A stretch of DNA of 62,000 nt from assembly GCA_038087875.1 (NCBI GenBank), contig CM075999.1, forward strand, positions 372,001-434,000, written 5' to 3'. The notes under the pieces were generated by a model that did not search any database, was not told where the DNA came from, and saw only the letters and a program-made list of their open reading frames with translations. The DNA comes from Malacoraja senta (Eukaryota). Positions 60,067 through 62,000 of this stretch are shown here, one piece after another (position 1 is the stretch's first letter; every line of letters begins with the position of its first letter). Made by a program: the position numbers and the translations under genes.

Positions 60067-61681
60067 TTCCAGTTCCAATCGAGATAACAAATCCCATTGT
60101 TTTTAACGTGATGTTCACTGTTGACAGTCTGTCTTTTGAAGAAGTAGAAGTAAACCCTTCAGGAACAGCAACCACGATTGAAGCTGAGGTGAGAGAGTTT
60201 ACGTTAGGTTTTTGCTAATATATTACTTCATCGTTCTCTTTTTATTTCTTATTCTGATACAATTTTTCCTGCCCTCAGCTCTCAAAACTGTTTGAAGACA
60301 GTAGTATCAAAGCAACGTTCTTAAACTGTGCGGTAAAATCATTCAGGTAACTCCGATTAAATCATGAAAATTGCATTCCTTTACCTTCCAAGTATTAACA
60401 CAGAAGATTCCAACTTGCAAAAGCAGTAATCTCTTGAGCCCATGTCCCACAAATATCATTGCAGAGTCAATAAAAATTCTAACAGAGAGAGACACCATGT
60501 GCTGGTTTATCTCAGTGAGTCTGGAGGCAAATCTGGAGAACAAGGCAAGGCAAAGTTTTGGGTCGGGCCCTTCTTCTGACTGATTACAATAGGGGTGAGA
60601 AAGCTGGAAGAGAGGCAGGATGGAGATAACAAAGTGTGGCAAGTGATAGGAGGATACAAGTGATGGGGAGGTCAAATGGTTGGACAAAATCTAGAGATGA
60701 AAAGGTTTAATATAGGGAGTTAAGCATAGAAGAGGACAGAAATATAAAGCCAGATGAAAGAAGAAAATTAGAAGTTGAGATTGGTGGGTGGAGGGGAAAG
60801 GGTCAAATGGGTGCACATCCAGATGTAGCAAAGGGAAGAGTTGGGAGAAAGTGGTGGGGAGCATTTGAAGTATGTTATGTAAAATTGGAAATTCATTGTA
60901 CATAATGTCAGGCTCTAAGGTACTCATTGGAATATGAGGTGCTGTTCCTCCAGATTGAATGTGGTCCCGTTCTGGCAATGTACGAGGCCCGACACAGACA
61001 GGTCATTATGGGAATGGGGAGTTAAACATTTTTGCAAAAGGGAGATCCACCTTTTTTGGCCCTGCACAAGTGTTCAGCAAAACGGTCGATTAGACGATAC
61101 TTGGACTTGCCAACGTAAAGGAGACCACATCAAGGTCAGCGACTGCAGGAGATAAGGTTAGAGACTGGCGTGTGAAGCTAAGGATGAGGGGAACTCTATC
61201 CTTGTTCAGTATGGGTAAGGGGGATGCAAAAGCAGAACTATAGGAGATGTGAGTGAGGGATCCATCTAAGTCGGCGAGGGGCAATCCACGTTTACTCAAG
61301 AAAAAGGACATGCAGATGCCCTAGAATGGGAAAGCCTTGTGGGAGCAGATGTGGCAGAGATGGACAAATTAAAACATTGGATTTTCCTGACTATTGCTGC
61401 TACTCTTATAATCAGTCACAGCAACATCTCAGCTATGCTCTTGCTAACCCTGCAAACAACATTGCACTGAATTATTTTACACTTATCACAAATGTCTTTT
61501 GCTTTTTGCAGAAAGGCAATGGTTCACAGCACCAGTGTGACAGCCGATTGTTCATTCCAAAACGTGTCCACCATTGAACCCATCAACCGAGAAGATGTAT
61601 CTAATGTATTTAGCGAGAAGACCTATGGCATTACATCACTGGGGCCATATACGGTGCAAAGATCCAGCCTCTTTGTAGACG
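60067..61681 (+). CDS. MUC16-like SEA module 2 (exons 60067-60188, 60279-60346, 61512-61681; 120 aa); gene continues past the window
   Basis: Same 122/68/170 exon sizes; FNVMFTVDSL..LSKLFEDSSIKATFLNCAVKSFR..STSVTADCSF..NREDVSNVFSEKTYGITSLGPYTVQRSSLFVD. Confidence 0.85.
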
Positions 61682-62000
61682 GTACTTATCAAAATATTCC
61701 CCGGTGTTTCTCTTCATATTGTATTTGTGCAATCTACAGTAACTATGGATTTATAGTCAAGTTTATTGGTATTAACAAATTTAGATCAGGGACAACCAGG
61801 TATGATATCCTATGGGATCTGAGAAAGCAAACCTTAAAATCATTCACAGTCTTGCCCTTTGGAGCCTGCCTCCTCACAATTACTCTGCCTCATTGCTTGG
61901 ACCGAATGACAAGAGCGGTTACTTCCTGATAATGTTCAAGATGCAGGGGAAAAAAACCCTCCTCTAATAAAAGGTTACATGTTTTTGAGAAGAAGTCACA

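Larger units (their letters stand above)
56333..62000 (+). repeat. Genomic tandem duplication of the SEA module with introns (unit 1 about 56333-59842, unit 2 from about 59843)
   Basis: Collinear intron and exon similarity, e.g. gagtttgtatcaaatgcatcaaacaattggct near 56389 and 59905, and shared antisense Penelope remnants in the large intron. Confidence 0.9.

Overview
This is repeat-rich vertebrate genomic DNA. The SINE, CR1 and Penelope content suggests a cartilaginous fish (shark, skate or ray); that assignment is an inference. The main structure is a nested stack at about 6.7-25.6 kb. A decayed DIRS1 retrotransposon (-) is interrupted at a TAA by a PIF/Harbinger DNA transposon, which carries a six-exon MADF/Myb-like gene (+) and a DDE transposase (-). 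The Harbinger in turn contains a Penelope fragment and a complete, very young 10.76-kb provirus (11176-21934). The provirus has 880-bp LTRs with one visible difference, a CATC target duplication and a tRNA-Arg-like PBS. Its gag is separated from pol by one in-frame UGA. Pol runs PR-RT-degenerate RNase H-second intact RNase H-IN. The 785-aa Env resembles a paramyxo/pneumovirus class I fusion protein, which together with the Pol layout fits a lokiretrovirus-like element. The most unusual observation is an apparent immunoglobulin V-set domain at the N-terminus of this Env. From 42.6 kb to beyond the window end there is a predicted host MUC16-like gene (+): a signal-peptide exon, a large Pro/Thr/Ser exon and tandemly duplicated three-exon SEA modules. 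The rest is Rex1/Babar, CR1, L2 and Penelope debris, SINEs and five Harbinger MITEs. All family assignments come from motifs recognised by eye; no database search was run.
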